Of a DNA stretch of 64,000 nucleotides, positions 10,683 to 20,326 are shown piece after piece. The stretch comes from a virus (taxonomy: Duplodnaviria > Caudoviricetes): the IMG/VR virus record IMGVR_UViG_3300011560_000001, positions 128,001 to 192,000 of that record. The stretch is one strand, 5' to 3'. Position 1 is the first letter of the stretch. Each line of letters begins with the position of its first letter. The notes beneath the pieces are model-generated. The model made no database searches. It saw nothing but the letters and a program-made list of their open reading frames with translations, and was not told the origin of the DNA. A program made the translations under genes and the position numbers.

Positions 10683-11515
10683 CCGGTTTGTAGTCGAATG
10701 GCGCGACGTTTAGTTTGCGGATCGTTCCAGGCAGCAACGCCAGCCCACGTTTCGTTCAGGAATTCCTGATATGTGTTTTCAGCATCGGCAAAGCGATCGA
10801 TGTATTCCTTGAATGCACCGACTTCTTGCCCTTGTGCTGTAACACCTCTATCGAGACGGATAACGGTTCTGTTGTAGATGTCGCTTTGCGTGGCGTATAA
10901 ACAGAGTTTGTAAAAGTCGTTCCAAACCTCCATGCTGAGGTTAGTAAGTTCCGGATCGTGGGCAAGGAAACAACGTAGACTCAGTGGAAATTGTACAGGC
11001 GTGACGTTGTTCACCATGATGGTGTTAGGGGCGATGATATCAACGTTGGCCGTACTAAGAACGTTCATGGGACCGAAAGCGTTCATCCCTTGCTGTAACG
11101 TGTTGCTTGCGGGGTTCCACCCACAAAGCTGACGTTGAAACTGGGTTTGGTTGAAAGCACCCCATTGCCCGTTATAGTTTATTCCGTAGTTGTTCACGCT
11201 CCCTGAGATAATGGATAATGCGGACGTGATATAACGTCCCTGCGTGGCTTCCAACGGAATGTGGAAAACATAACAGTTAATGGTGACTTCTTCGACTGTG
11301 ACACCCGCATCATCAAGAGGGATAACGGTTTGTAGCCCCCCGTAGATATCGATGTCGCCGATAACCCGTTTACGGATTACCCAATCGGTAATGATGTCTT
11401 CTACGGAACGAGGATAGCGATTACGCCAGTCGTAGCGATCGATATAGCAATACTGTAGGATATCTGCCGGTATTGTACGACAGATACGATCTACACTGTG
11501 GTCAATAGCACCCAT
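10673..11515 (-). CDS. Conserved chimallivirus protein, probably structural
   Basis: 280-aa ORF divergent from phuZ, a position typical of phiKZ-like phages; RBS AAGGGG. Confidence 0.6.
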   Translation of the reverse strand: MGAIDHSVDRICRTIPADILQYCYIDRYDWRNRYPRSVEDIITDWVIRKRVIGDIDIYGGLQTVIPLDDAGVTVEEVTINCYVFHIPLEATQGRYITSALSIISGSVNNYGINYNGQWGAFNQTQFQRQLCGWNPASNTLQQGMNAFGPMNVLSTANVDIIAPNTIMVNNVTPVQFPLSLRCFLAHDPELTNLSMEVWNDFYKLCLYATQSDIYNRTVIRLDRGVTAQGQEVGAFKEYIDRFADAENTYQEFLNETWAGVAAWNDPQTKRRAIRLQTGYF

Positions 11516-11579
11516 GGGTCACCCCTTTAGCAAAGAAAGATTCATTGTACGTTAAATACATAGTAAATTAGGAGTTCAC

Positions 11580-12560
11580 ATGCAAGAGAACCAAGTACAT
11601 ATTTGGGCTGTTGGTGGTTGTGGTGGCGAAATCGGCTCAGCATTTGAAGGCGAAGTCGCGAAAGGATTACACAGCATGACGTATGTTGATACCAGCCGGG
11701 CTAATCTACGCGATAGCGCACTGGACGACGATCATATCTACATCTTTAAAGATGCGGCGGGTCGTGAGTTAGACGGTTCTGGTAAGAAGCGTGATGAGAA
11801 CGCTGAACTGATCTGCTCGCAAATCCCAGGTATTCTCAATAAGCATACGCCAGGTAAATTTAATATCGTGGTCTTTAGTCTGAGCGGTGGTTCAGGCTCT
11901 GTTGCCGGTCCTGCGTTGGTTGCTAACCTGCTGGAACGCGGTGAACGTGTGGTGTGTTGCATCGTTGCCTCGTTCGATGATGAGCGTCAAACGATCAACG
12001 CCGATCGTACCTTTAAAGGACTGATGGCGGCTGCAGAAGGATTGAAACGTCCGGTGATTGTTAGCTATCACATGAATGGCGAAAATGGGAAATCGGAGCA
12101 GGATGTCAACCTGGACGTGCAGGTTGTTATTAGCCAGCTTTGTGTTCTGTTTTCTGGCGAGAACCGTCGTCTTGACAGCGCCGACCTGGAAAACTTCTTA
12201 AACCATCCGCGTGTTACCGGTTTGGAACCAACGATCACCGAACTTAATACGTTCATGGGATACGATTGGACGAAAGAGAACGATAGTCCTATTGCTTTCT
12301 GTACGCTTTACCCGAAAGACGCGACTAAAGTCATGGGTGTTAACGCTATTTACAGCTGTGATGGTTTTGTGCCTGAAAGCAGCCCGATTCGTGAAGCGAC
12401 GTCGTTTGTTTTAAGTACCGATCGTTTAGGGGGTATTATCAAACAAATCGCTGACGAAGCGAAACGTTACATTGAACATCGTAACGCGCGTCAACAGGCA
12501 CCGAAAGTTGGTGACGAAACTGTAGCGGAAGCGAAGAACAGCGGTTTCTTGCTTTTCTAA
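11580..12560 (+). CDS. phuZ: Phage tubulin PhuZ
   Basis: N-terminal VGGCGG, YVDTS, DGSGK, tubulin signature SLSGGSGS, LDSADL T7-like loop and a hydrophobic C-terminal tail (GFLLF); 326 aa. Confidence 0.95.
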   Translation: MQENQVHIWAVGGCGGEIGSAFEGEVAKGLHSMTYVDTSRANLRDSALDDDHIYIFKDAAGRELDGSGKKRDENAELICSQIPGILNKHTPGKFNIVVFSLSGGSGSVAGPALVANLLERGERVVCCIVASFDDERQTINADRTFKGLMAAAEGLKRPVIVSYHMNGENGKSEQDVNLDVQVVISQLCVLFSGENRRLDSADLENFLNHPRVTGLEPTITELNTFMGYDWTKENDSPIAFCTLYPKDATKVMGVNAIYSCDGFVPESSPIREATSFVLSTDRLGGIIKQIADEAKRYIEHRNARQQAPKVGDETVAEAKNSGFLLF

Positions 12561-12597
12561 CACCGAACCAAAAAGTTCAAGTGAATGGAGATGCGCT

Positions 12598-12798
12598 ATG
12601 TCGCTGTTTATCTGCGAACGTTGCGGTCATGTTGATAGTACTGAACTCGCTTACGAGAATCAGCGAGGCGATGGTCAGTTCGTGTGTACGAAATGCCAAG
12701 GTCGTCAATGGCATGGTTATTTTCCATATCAGCCATACGACCCAGCAAAACACGCACATATCGTCAACCATCCTTCATTGAAATTGGATGGTTATTAA
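12598..12798 (+). CDS. Small zinc-finger protein
   Basis: CERC...CTKC followed by WHGYF; GGAG RBS; followed by a terminator. Confidence 0.7.
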   Translation: MSLFICERCGHVDSTELAYENQRGDGQFVCTKCQGRQWHGYFPYQPYDPAKHAHIVNHPSLKLDGY

Positions 12799-12806
12799 GT
12801 TCTATC

Positions 12807-12838
12807 GAGCCTGTCCTTCGGGGCAGGCTTTTATGCCG
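12807..12838 (+). terminator. Hairpin (UUCG loop) + TTTTATGCCG
   Basis: GAGCCTGTCC-TTCG-GGGCAGGCTT-TTATGCCG. Confidence 0.8.
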
Positions 12839-12851
12839 TGTAGGAGAAAGC

Positions 12852-13049
12852 ATGGGAGAGTGGTGGGATAAAATAAGAAAACGATTTAACGATTGGAATC
12901 AGGAACGGGAGGAAGAAATAAAGCGTGCTTGGGACGTCTTGGATCGAAGAGGTACGGTGGTATTCGAAGAGGGGGAAAATGATGCCAGAAACTCTCCTAT
13001 TTCGTTTTACGCCGTATATTTTAACTATTCCCAGATATCGTGTGTATAA
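12852..13049 (+). CDS. Small hypothetical protein
   Basis: AGGAG RBS before ATG 12852 (MGEWWDKIRK...); 65 aa. Confidence 0.5.
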   Translation: MGEWWDKIRKRFNDWNQEREEEIKRAWDVLDRRGTVVFEEGENDARNSPISFYAVYFNYSQISCV

Positions 13050-13073
13050 ACAATGGGGACTTAGGAAAAGAGT

Positions 13074-14051
13074 ATGACCAAGAGACTAGCCAGGATCGAT
13101 TTGTACACATTAGCGTCGTGGGTTTCATTACCGCTTATCGATTGCCTGAGTTTGCATCATCAACGCCAACTTTCTCCGAAGGAAAAACTGCAATTAACGG
13201 AATTGTTGGTGGATTTCGATCTTAATCAGAGAATGCCCTGGACTCGACATGATCCTCGATATCGTCATGAATCGTTCGCAGATATTCTCGGTCCGATTTG
13301 GTATCAACCTGACTTTCGAGAAGACTTCGATGTTGTTCAGGGTATGGTAACCGAATATTTGTCTTATCATCACAACAAGCTGTTTGGTAAGAATTGGTCG
13401 GATAACCGTATTTACGGAATAGAGCGTGTGTGCGACTATGTCTATATCGTTGATCTTGGTCGTGTTAAGAAACATCAAACAAAACCAACGCCGTTAAAAG
13501 CATTTGAGTTCCAAGAAACAGAGTATTGCGTTGATCGTAAGTCAGCAACCGAACATGTTGTCCGCGTACGTAATAGTAACCCTCAAGTGATGGCGATGCC
13601 GTCAATTAATATCACGATCAATGTCTGCCCATCTGGCGCGATTGTTGAACGTCCCCAGGAGCTAACAGATGAACAATTTGAATGGCTTGGGCAATTGGAA
13701 GAACTTCGATTGGCTCACGCGAAACGAAAAGCGAAACAACTCGCCAATGAACCCATTTACATTAAACAGGGCATTGCCATTAAGGAACGATTTAAACAAC
13801 GTCGCTCCGTCTTCGGTCCCGTGCAACCCGTACTATATGAGTTTGGGGTTCCCGAGTACCGGATGGACGCTGAGTCGGTGGCGACCGCTTTCTTGGATAA
13901 CGGTGAAATACATCGACAAGGTGCATGTTCTTCGGGTCCTTTTAGACCGGTTCGAGTCCAGCGTCCACGCAGACATCGGCATACTAAGTCGAGAACAGGA
14001 AATGATGACGTGCCACGAAACATGGACAGATCTCATTACCGAACTTATTGA
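13074..14051 (+). CDS. Hypothetical protein
   Basis: 325-aa ORF; the last ~50 codons overlap the next gene. Confidence 0.65.
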   Translation: MTKRLARIDLYTLASWVSLPLIDCLSLHHQRQLSPKEKLQLTELLVDFDLNQRMPWTRHDPRYRHESFADILGPIWYQPDFREDFDVVQGMVTEYLSYHHNKLFGKNWSDNRIYGIERVCDYVYIVDLGRVKKHQTKPTPLKAFEFQETEYCVDRKSATEHVVRVRNSNPQVMAMPSINITINVCPSGAIVERPQELTDEQFEWLGQLEELRLAHAKRKAKQLANEPIYIKQGIAIKERFKQRRSVFGPVQPVLYEFGVPEYRMDAESVATAFLDNGEIHRQGACSSGPFRPVRVQRPRRHRHTKSRTGNDDVPRNMDRSHYRTY

Positions 14052-14298
14052 ACGGGCTGGCGACACAGAACGTATTTTCAATGAAGACGATCCGTCGATG
14101 GAAAGACATGTTGATGCTTACCACGCGGCAGCGTCAGAACTTACGAATCTCACCATGGCACTCGAGCCTGTCTTCGGTAGTGAGTTTATTCACGTATGGG
14201 AACACATGTTGGAAGGGCCTTACAACTGGGCGTTGGAGAGTTACAATGCGGCCACCTTTGTTGCGATCTTTAGAGCAATTTCAGAGAGACGATTCTAA
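13903..14298 (+). CDS. Hypothetical protein
   Basis: Protein-like acidic sequence from GTG 13903 (VKYIDKVHVL...) with GGA upstream, inside track ORF 13669..14298. Confidence 0.55.
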   Translation: MKYIDKVHVLRVLLDRFESSVHADIGILSREQEMMTCHETWTDLITELIERAGDTERIFNEDDPSMERHVDAYHAAASELTNLTMALEPVFGSEFIHVWEHMLEGPYNWALESYNAATFVAIFRAISERRF

Positions 14299-14731
14299 GC
14301 CGTCGGCTATTCCGCGTCCAAGTCAGGTTTCGATACACATTCGCACACCACAGACCGGACGTCGGTACATCATCCCGTTATTAAACTACAGTGAATATCT
14401 GTTTTCGATGCTCGATGAGCGATTACCTTATTTCTCACCGAACGGAAATTATGATATTCACACGTTGCTTTACGACACGATTGAACTGTATCTGTACAAA
14501 CGAAATATCTCCGGCCGTGATGTAGACACGCAACTCGAGTTCGTTTTGGATGAAGTTTTCATGCATGAAGACTATGGTCATGATGAGAAGTTCGATTTTC
14601 GTTGTCGTTTATCGGTGATGCGAAGCGAAGTTAACCAGATCCTTCGTACGTGGATCCCACGTGTAGAAGATTGGTGGCATTTCAATTTTACGTTAGATAC
14701 GAGTATGACGTTATGGTTGGTGGTGGAATAA
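14246..14731 (+). CDS. Hypothetical protein (SKPSA family)
   Basis: GGAG RBS before ATG 14246, in frame with track ORF 14048..14731. Confidence 0.6.
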   Translation: MRPPLLRSLEQFQRDDSKPSAIPRPSQVSIHIRTPQTGRRYIIPLLNYSEYLFSMLDERLPYFSPNGNYDIHTLLYDTIELYLYKRNISGRDVDTQLEFVLDEVFMHEDYGHDEKFDFRCRLSVMRSEVNQILRTWIPRVEDWWHFNFTLDTSMTLWLVVE

Positions 14732-15225
14732 TACAATCAAAGCCGTCGGCATTTGTGCGTTATCGGCAGAAACCTAATTTTCTTAACGGGAAAGATGATG
14801 GCGTGCGGATATCGGTGTGCTTGGAAACCGTACTGGCGATGTTGTATCAGCATATGGACAAGTATGCTTTCTTCGACCGCATTAACGTATCGGCTTATGA
14901 CGTGCTTCAGTATACGACGTACGAGTACTGGTCGTTACGTATGCAGCGACCATTTCAATCGTGGTATCCGCCGGTATATGAAATGATAAGCGAAGAACTG
15001 TGCCAGGAACTGGTTAGCGTAGATCATGACGGTGAGTATTATGAAGCCATTTATAGTTATGTTGACGCGATCCAGGAAACCGTTAACCTTATATTTCCGT
15101 GCTTTGATTACTCGATGACACAGATGTTAACGGCCAGTGGGTTATTACCGAAGACCGTCGAGAACAACCTCGAACTAGAAGGAATTCATGGATATGTTGC
15201 CTTTTTCAACGTTGAATGTGGTTGA
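14713..15225 (+). CDS. Hypothetical protein (SKPSA family)
   Basis: ATG 14713 in frame with track ORF 14650..15225. Confidence 0.6.
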   Translation: MVGGGIIQSKPSAFVRYRQKPNFLNGKDDGVRISVCLETVLAMLYQHMDKYAFFDRINVSAYDVLQYTTYEYWSLRMQRPFQSWYPPVYEMISEELCQELVSVDHDGEYYEAIYSYVDAIQETVNLIFPCFDYSMTQMLTASGLLPKTVENNLELEGIHGYVAFFNVECG

Positions 15226-15676
15226 TCGTGGAACAGATACCTATCGTCTGACGGTTACTATCCCCGACTGGTTACAAGCAGAGCTGAACACCATGAATGA
15301 CCCAGAAGATCCGTTGCGTATAACAACGTTGCTGGTATTAGCGTTGCGGTATCTTAATCGTCCTGTCTTGTCACGCGAGGCGTTCGAGAACGCGTATATC
15401 CTCGGATACGTTAAACGTGAAGATACGATATTATTTACGAAGATACAGCTCTGTTTCTTAAATCAATTATGTCTGTTCAATGTCGGTCGTACGACTAACA
15501 CGCATCGTTACGGGTGGGAGGTCGTACAAATCTATCCTACCGTTATGGTAGTATCCAGTTTTCGTCGCGCATTGTGGGACGATCCAGAAAAGACTGTGGC
15601 GTCGTTAATACATACGCCGAACAAGAGAAACACAGGATGGAAAAATACGCCACTGAGCGCCGTCGCCACGTTATAA
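15188..15676 (+). CDS. Hypothetical protein
   Basis: 162 aa with AAGGA RBS. Confidence 0.62.
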   Translation: MDMLPFSTLNVVDRGTDTYRLTVTIPDWLQAELNTMNDPEDPLRITTLLVLALRYLNRPVLSREAFENAYILGYVKREDTILFTKIQLCFLNQLCLFNVGRTTNTHRYGWEVVQIYPTVMVVSSFRRALWDDPEKTVASLIHTPNKRNTGWKNTPLSAVATL

Positions 15677-16035
15677 AACGCGATGACTACTATCTTGAGC
15701 AACTGCTCGAACAGGCGGTTAACGACATCTATAGTCAGGCAGAAGACGATTACTGTTTGTCTGGGTGGGGTACCGAAGGAAGGCAGATGCTGATGAGGAA
15801 TCTACTGCAAGAAATTGCAGATGTTGTCTTATCGGATATCGACGATGACTTTATCGATGAGTACTGCGAGGAGAGATCGTTATCACGATATCTTATCGTG
15901 CGTATTATCGGACGTGTTTATTATCGTGTTGTCCAGGATATGGAGTTCACAAAAACGTTTTATCGTGGCGGAACACTATCATCTATCCGAGTCTGGTCGG
16001 CGTCGACTTTCGGGTATGAATACATTTTTAAATAA
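15637..16035 (+). CDS. Hypothetical acidic protein
   Basis: Likely start ATG 15637 within track ORF 15514..16035. Confidence 0.55.
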   Translation: MEKYATERRRHVIKRDDYYLEQLLEQAVNDIYSQAEDDYCLSGWGTEGRQMLMRNLLQEIADVVLSDIDDDFIDEYCEERSLSRYLIVRIIGRVYYRVVQDMEFTKTFYRGGTLSSIRVWSASTFGYEYIFK

Positions 16036-16046
16036 AGGATGCTATT

Positions 16047-16460
16047 ATGCCAGCTTCTGATTTAGAAAAGATTGGCTCTGTTGTGAGTTTTGATGTATAC
16101 GCCCCAGAACTTGGGGTTAACTTCAACGGAGTAGAAATTAGCGCGGTGTACAATTATCGTACCGCCGTACGTAACGGTCGCGATGTTGACGCCATTCACC
16201 AACAGATTTATTCCCGGCTCCCGTCTAGTGTACCGAACGATCCGACGAAGTACAATTACGTCGAGGTCATCACAGCTGATGGGGAGTATGTAATTTTAGG
16301 GATTCCTTGGATTAAGGAGAGCACGATCGTCGTTACCAAGACGCTGATCTATAAACCTAGCATCGTTATCGAGGATGCGACCGACATGACAAAAATTAAT
16401 CAAATTCTTAATCAGGCAGGTTACACCAAGATTGTTGCTAACGACTTGATTAATCAGTAA
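16047..16460 (+). CDS. Conserved chimallivirus protein upstream of the DNA polymerase (phiKZ gp49-like)
   Basis: 137 aa with AAGGA RBS; contains HQQIYSRLPSSVPNDP and LGIPWI; assignment supported by synteny. Confidence 0.65.
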   Translation: MPASDLEKIGSVVSFDVYAPELGVNFNGVEISAVYNYRTAVRNGRDVDAIHQQIYSRLPSSVPNDPTKYNYVEVITADGEYVILGIPWIKESTIVVTKTLIYKPSIVIEDATDMTKINQILNQAGYTKIVANDLINQ

Positions 16461-16499
16461 ACTTTTACATAAAGTACTATATATTTTGAGTGGTTAGTG

Positions 16500-16695
16500 C
16501 CATCAGTGAAATAAGATAGGTTCGTGTTTTTATTCCTTCTTTGGCGAACCATCTTTCGTGTTACAACCTCCCTCTGATCTGGCATCATTGTAACACGAGA
16601 GAAGATCTTGTTTCACGAACATCATCGATATCTTTCAGTCAGTTATTATCCTTTAAACCGATCTGGCTTCGGCTGGATCGGTTCTTTTTATGCCG
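16500..16695 (+). ncRNA. Candidate structured small RNA (three-way junction) ending in an intrinsic terminator
   Basis: Closing stem 16506-16517/16605-16616; inner stems GGTTCG/CGAACC and 16552-16566/16588-16602; terminator AACCGATCTGGC-TTCG-GCTGGATCGGTT-CTTTTTATGCCG. Confidence 0.45.
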
Positions 16696-16757
16696 TCCTT
16701 CTTTTTTAACAGATATACGAGATGATGTAGACAGACTAAATAACTTTTGGAGGATTT

Positions 16758-18911
16758 ATGGAAAATCCGTTCTTTTACGATGAAAACGGATATGGTCGTA
16801 CGTTGGATATGACCAAAGAAGCGGTACAGGATTATACCCTGTTCTTAATGCGCATGCGTGGGATTTCTCAGCAGGAAGCGTTGCAGTTTGTTCTTGATAC
16901 GGTTAGTCCTGGTGGAAAATACGGGATGGTTGATCCCGACTGCCTTGTACTAACACAGCGTACTGAAGGAAACCGAGAAAAAGAAGTCATTAAGTTCAGT
17001 CAGTATTTCAATGATATCAAAGAAAATAATTTAATTATCACACCGGTATGGGCTAACTGTTATCCGCGTGAAACACGTTCCAGCGTGCTAAGCGACTTCG
17101 CGGTTGAAAACGGTAAGTTGCGTAAGAAACAAAAGAAACAAATGTCGATAGCACAAGCACACGGACGTAAAGATGAAGCTGAGTTACACGATAAACGACA
17201 AACCAACACCAAGTTAGATAACAACAGCTTGTCAGGAACCCAGGCGTCCAAGTTTAACCCTTTTTATAATCCGATCGCGCATCCGAGTCTAACGACAACA
17301 TGTCGCTGTGCTTCAGGTTCAGCCAATGCGAACAACGAACGCTTCCTTGCGGGTAATTTCCATTATTACGATTGCGATATCGCTATCGAAAACATCGTAA
17401 GCATCGTCCGTAATAGCGATCGTAAAGCCATTGAGCAGGTAATGGTAAAATACAAACTGCATTACCCTACGCCGGAAGAGGTTTGGGCTAATGTATCGAA
17501 ATGCTTGCATCGATATACTTTCGACCCGGAGAAAGAACTGACCATCCGGGAGCTAATTACCGGTTTAACGCCGTTGGAACGCGCCTGCTATATGTACAGC
17601 AATAACCTGTACTCGTTACGTGAGCTTAATCCTGAATTTGTTCGAGATTTTCTTGACTCGTTATGTGAACTGGCATCCGAACCTGTTGAAACGATGGAAG
17701 AGGCTAAAGCCATTATTGCTTCCATGGATAACAACACGGTCGCTTGGATTACAGCACAATGCACGGAGTTCTTGAACGGGGAAGCGATTTACGTAGCGCT
17801 AGAAAAAGGAAATGAACTTGGCTATCGTCTTACTGCAGCAACGACAAAATTAATGCTGCAACGCATCCAAAGCTACGCTGATTTAATTAAGGCGTTATGG
17901 CGTACCGAGAACCAACCGGCCGGTGTTTATGCTTTTCCGTCAGCAATCCGTGAAGTGGGTGTGTTGTCTGATACCGACTCGACGGTGTTTACCTGCCAGG
18001 AGTGGGTTCAGTGGCGATTTGGAAATATGGAGATCAATCCAATTTCGACGCGCTTAGCAAACACACTTATCTATCTGGTTACGCAGATTACGGTTCATCT
18101 GATGGCGATGTGTTCTGGTAATATCGGTGTAGCGAAAGAGCATATGTACGTAATGGAAATGAAGAACGAATATATGTTCTTAATCCTGTCGTTAACCTCG
18201 ATGGGTAAAAACTATTACGGATACATGACCATGCGTGAAGGGGTTCCTATCAACCCACCGAAGCTGGAATTGAAAGGTCCTGTTATGCGTGATGCGTCAG
18301 CACCAAAAATAATCGTCCAACGTGTTGAACGCATGATGTGTGGTATAATGGATAAGCTGTTACGTAATGAGAAGATCAGCATTCGATTGGTTCTTGACGA
18401 TATTATCTCACTAGAGAATGAAATCGTTGAATCAATGAAACGTGGCGATCCGGATTTCTTAACACGTGTTAAAGTGAAACCACATGTTGCGGTAACGAAA
18501 CAGTCTTACGATATGTGGGAAGAAGTGTTTGCTCAATCGTACGGTCATTGCCCCGAACCACCTTATGTTGGGGTTCGTGTACCGTTGGCGACGAAGAACA
18601 AAACGCTTCTTAACGATTGGATTGATTCCTGGGAGGATAAAGGGTTACAACAACGTTTCCGTGATTGGATTGTACGTAACGATAAGAAAACGATAAGCAA
18701 CTTAACGATACCATTACCGGTGATCGAAGCCTCCGGGCTTCCTGATATCTTTATTCAAGGTATGGATATTCGTCGACTGATCTCTACGCTCGTTCGTTCG
18801 TATTATGCGTTAATGGAAAGTTACGGTATTTTCATCTCGAATAAAAACAATACATTGTTGGCCCAAGACATCGCAGCAAGTTATTTACCGAAGCAAGAAA
18901 CCGCAGAATAA
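16758..18911 (+). CDS. Family B DNA polymerase, catalytic-motif subunit of the split phiKZ-type polymerase (gp50-like)
   Basis: Motif B-like QTNTKLDNNSLSG, motif C LSDTDS, KNYY and LELKG; 717 aa. Confidence 0.88.
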   Translation: MENPFFYDENGYGRTLDMTKEAVQDYTLFLMRMRGISQQEALQFVLDTVSPGGKYGMVDPDCLVLTQRTEGNREKEVIKFSQYFNDIKENNLIITPVWANCYPRETRSSVLSDFAVENGKLRKKQKKQMSIAQAHGRKDEAELHDKRQTNTKLDNNSLSGTQASKFNPFYNPIAHPSLTTTCRCASGSANANNERFLAGNFHYYDCDIAIENIVSIVRNSDRKAIEQVMVKYKLHYPTPEEVWANVSKCLHRYTFDPEKELTIRELITGLTPLERACYMYSNNLYSLRELNPEFVRDFLDSLCELASEPVETMEEAKAIIASMDNNTVAWITAQCTEFLNGEAIYVALEKGNELGYRLTAATTKLMLQRIQSYADLIKALWRTENQPAGVYAFPSAIREVGVLSDTDSTVFTCQEWVQWRFGNMEINPISTRLANTLIYLVTQITVHLMAMCSGNIGVAKEHMYVMEMKNEYMFLILSLTSMGKNYYGYMTMREGVPINPPKLELKGPVMRDASAPKIIVQRVERMMCGIMDKLLRNEKISIRLVLDDIISLENEIVESMKRGDPDFLTRVKVKPHVAVTKQSYDMWEEVFAQSYGHCPEPPYVGVRVPLATKNKTLLNDWIDSWEDKGLQQRFRDWIVRNDKKTISNLTIPLPVIEASGLPDIFIQGMDIRRLISTLVRSYYALMESYGIFISNKNNTLLAQDIAASYLPKQETAE

Positions 18912-18982
18912 CATAACCCACCACCCCATCCTCCCTTCCCTTACGGGTTGGGAGGATGTGTGGAAAGAAGGAGGTGGTTATG
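18912..18982. terminator. Bidirectional hairpin between convergent genes
   Basis: CATA...CATCCTCCC-TTCCCTTACGGGTT-GGGAGGATG...TTATG. Confidence 0.6.
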
Positions 18983-20072
18983 CACCAGCAGGAAGAATTT
19001 TTAAGAGGTCGGCAACCTGTGCAATAACTTCACGTCTTAAATCGCCAGGTAACGGAGAGGATTCCCAGTTACCTTCTTTTAGACTCCGGTCGGCAGCACG
19101 GTACAGGTCGTTATCGATTTGACTGCTAAATCCGACGCTTTCAGATACGTTTTGCAATGTGACGAGTTGCTGCCATAATGACAGACAACCCAGATCCCTT
19201 GCCCATCGTGTTTGTCGAAGATCAACGGTGTAGCCCATTCGGGTTGCTTGGTACTGATCCCCGTATAAACTCGGTATCTGTTTAAGCATGTCGGTGTAGC
19301 TTCGTCTTCTTCGTAATAAATGATGCTGTACGGACAGAACGACTTGGTCGAATACGTTATCAAGGTCGTTAACGTAAATTGGTGATTTGAGTGGATTCTT
19401 AGCCGGAGATACCCACAAACAACGGTTACGTACGACAACATCGTTGTGTGAGTATAATGCGTTAACCAACGGAAAACTCGCAAGGAAGCTTGTAACCGGT
19501 TCTTTAACCACCCATTTACCGTCGACGTTATGACCCATGACCAAAGACCACATTCGATACTGTAGCGCTAATAAAGGCACGTCAACCATAATGACCGCAA
19601 ACCCCCGTCCTTCCTCAACCTGCTTTTGGTGAAGAGGAATGTAACGAAGATTTGCGTATGGGTGCGTCACGATTCTAACTGGTGACCAATTACGCCAGTT
19701 GTCAAGAACATCACGTGAAATAAGACGACTTTCACCGGTTGCGATAATAGCTTCGTGCAATCCTGGATAGAAATCACCGTCGAATAACTTACCCGCGTAT
19801 CTTGATGTTGTCAACTTGACACGATTACCCAATTCTGGCGTAAGATCGAGAATCATGTCGTAGTAAGTTTGTACTGAGATGTCGTATCTCATAGGGAGCT
19901 GTGCGAGCAGCAACGCAAGGATGTGATCGCTCTGAACCGCGAAGGTAAAACCTTGATAGTGGTTCTGGATTGTCTGTAGGTTTCTTTGAACTTCGCGTAT
20001 TAGATAGTCTTTCTGAGGGACGGGCTGCACGCCCGATGATGTTCGCGGGAGGTTATTTAAAACACGAAACAT
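18978..20072 (-). CDS. Conserved virion protein (phiKZ gp52-like)
   Basis: 364-aa minus-strand gene between the DNA polymerase and chimallin, the conserved position in phiKZ-like phages. Confidence 0.6.
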   Translation of the reverse strand: MFRVLNNLPRTSSGVQPVPQKDYLIREVQRNLQTIQNHYQGFTFAVQSDHILALLLAQLPMRYDISVQTYYDMILDLTPELGNRVKLTTSRYAGKLFDGDFYPGLHEAIIATGESRLISRDVLDNWRNWSPVRIVTHPYANLRYIPLHQKQVEEGRGFAVIMVDVPLLALQYRMWSLVMGHNVDGKWVVKEPVTSFLASFPLVNALYSHNDVVVRNRCLWVSPAKNPLKSPIYVNDLDNVFDQVVLSVQHHLLRRRRSYTDMLKQIPSLYGDQYQATRMGYTVDLRQTRWARDLGCLSLWQQLVTLQNVSESVGFSSQIDNDLYRAADRSLKEGNWESSPLPGDLRREVIAQVADLLKILPAGA

Positions 20073-20237
20073 ACGAACTCCGTAAGAAGATGGTAAACGG
20101 ATATGACTTTACTCTCAATAAGAGAAGTAAAAGTTTACAGACATATCCTGATTATATGTAGAAAGAATGTTGCTTCTCGGCAGCGTTCGCCTAGGGGTTT
20201 ATATCGTTCAATGTGGTTACACCAATATTGAAAAAAA

Positions 20238-20262
20238 TTTCAGGGTTATATTACCTAGGTGA
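20238..20262 (+). promoter_or_regulatory. Early promoter for chimallin (TATATTAC motif)
   Basis: TTTCAGGGTTATATTACCTAGGTGA; the core TATATTAC at 20247-20254 matches the phiKZ early promoter consensus. Confidence 0.75.
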
Positions 20263-20326
20263 ATGAGCGAGTAGAAGCTGATTCAATGACGTCATTTAAT
20301 AAAGTTTAAGAAAAGAGGAATCCCAA

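Noticed and set aside
13669-14245. Programmed frameshift between overlapping ORFs
   Set aside because: Plausible RBS and start codons exist at 13903 and 14246, and there is no obvious slippery site.
16541-16783. 80-aa ORF upstream of the DNA polymerase
   Set aside because: It has a TTG start without an RBS and spans a strong terminator.
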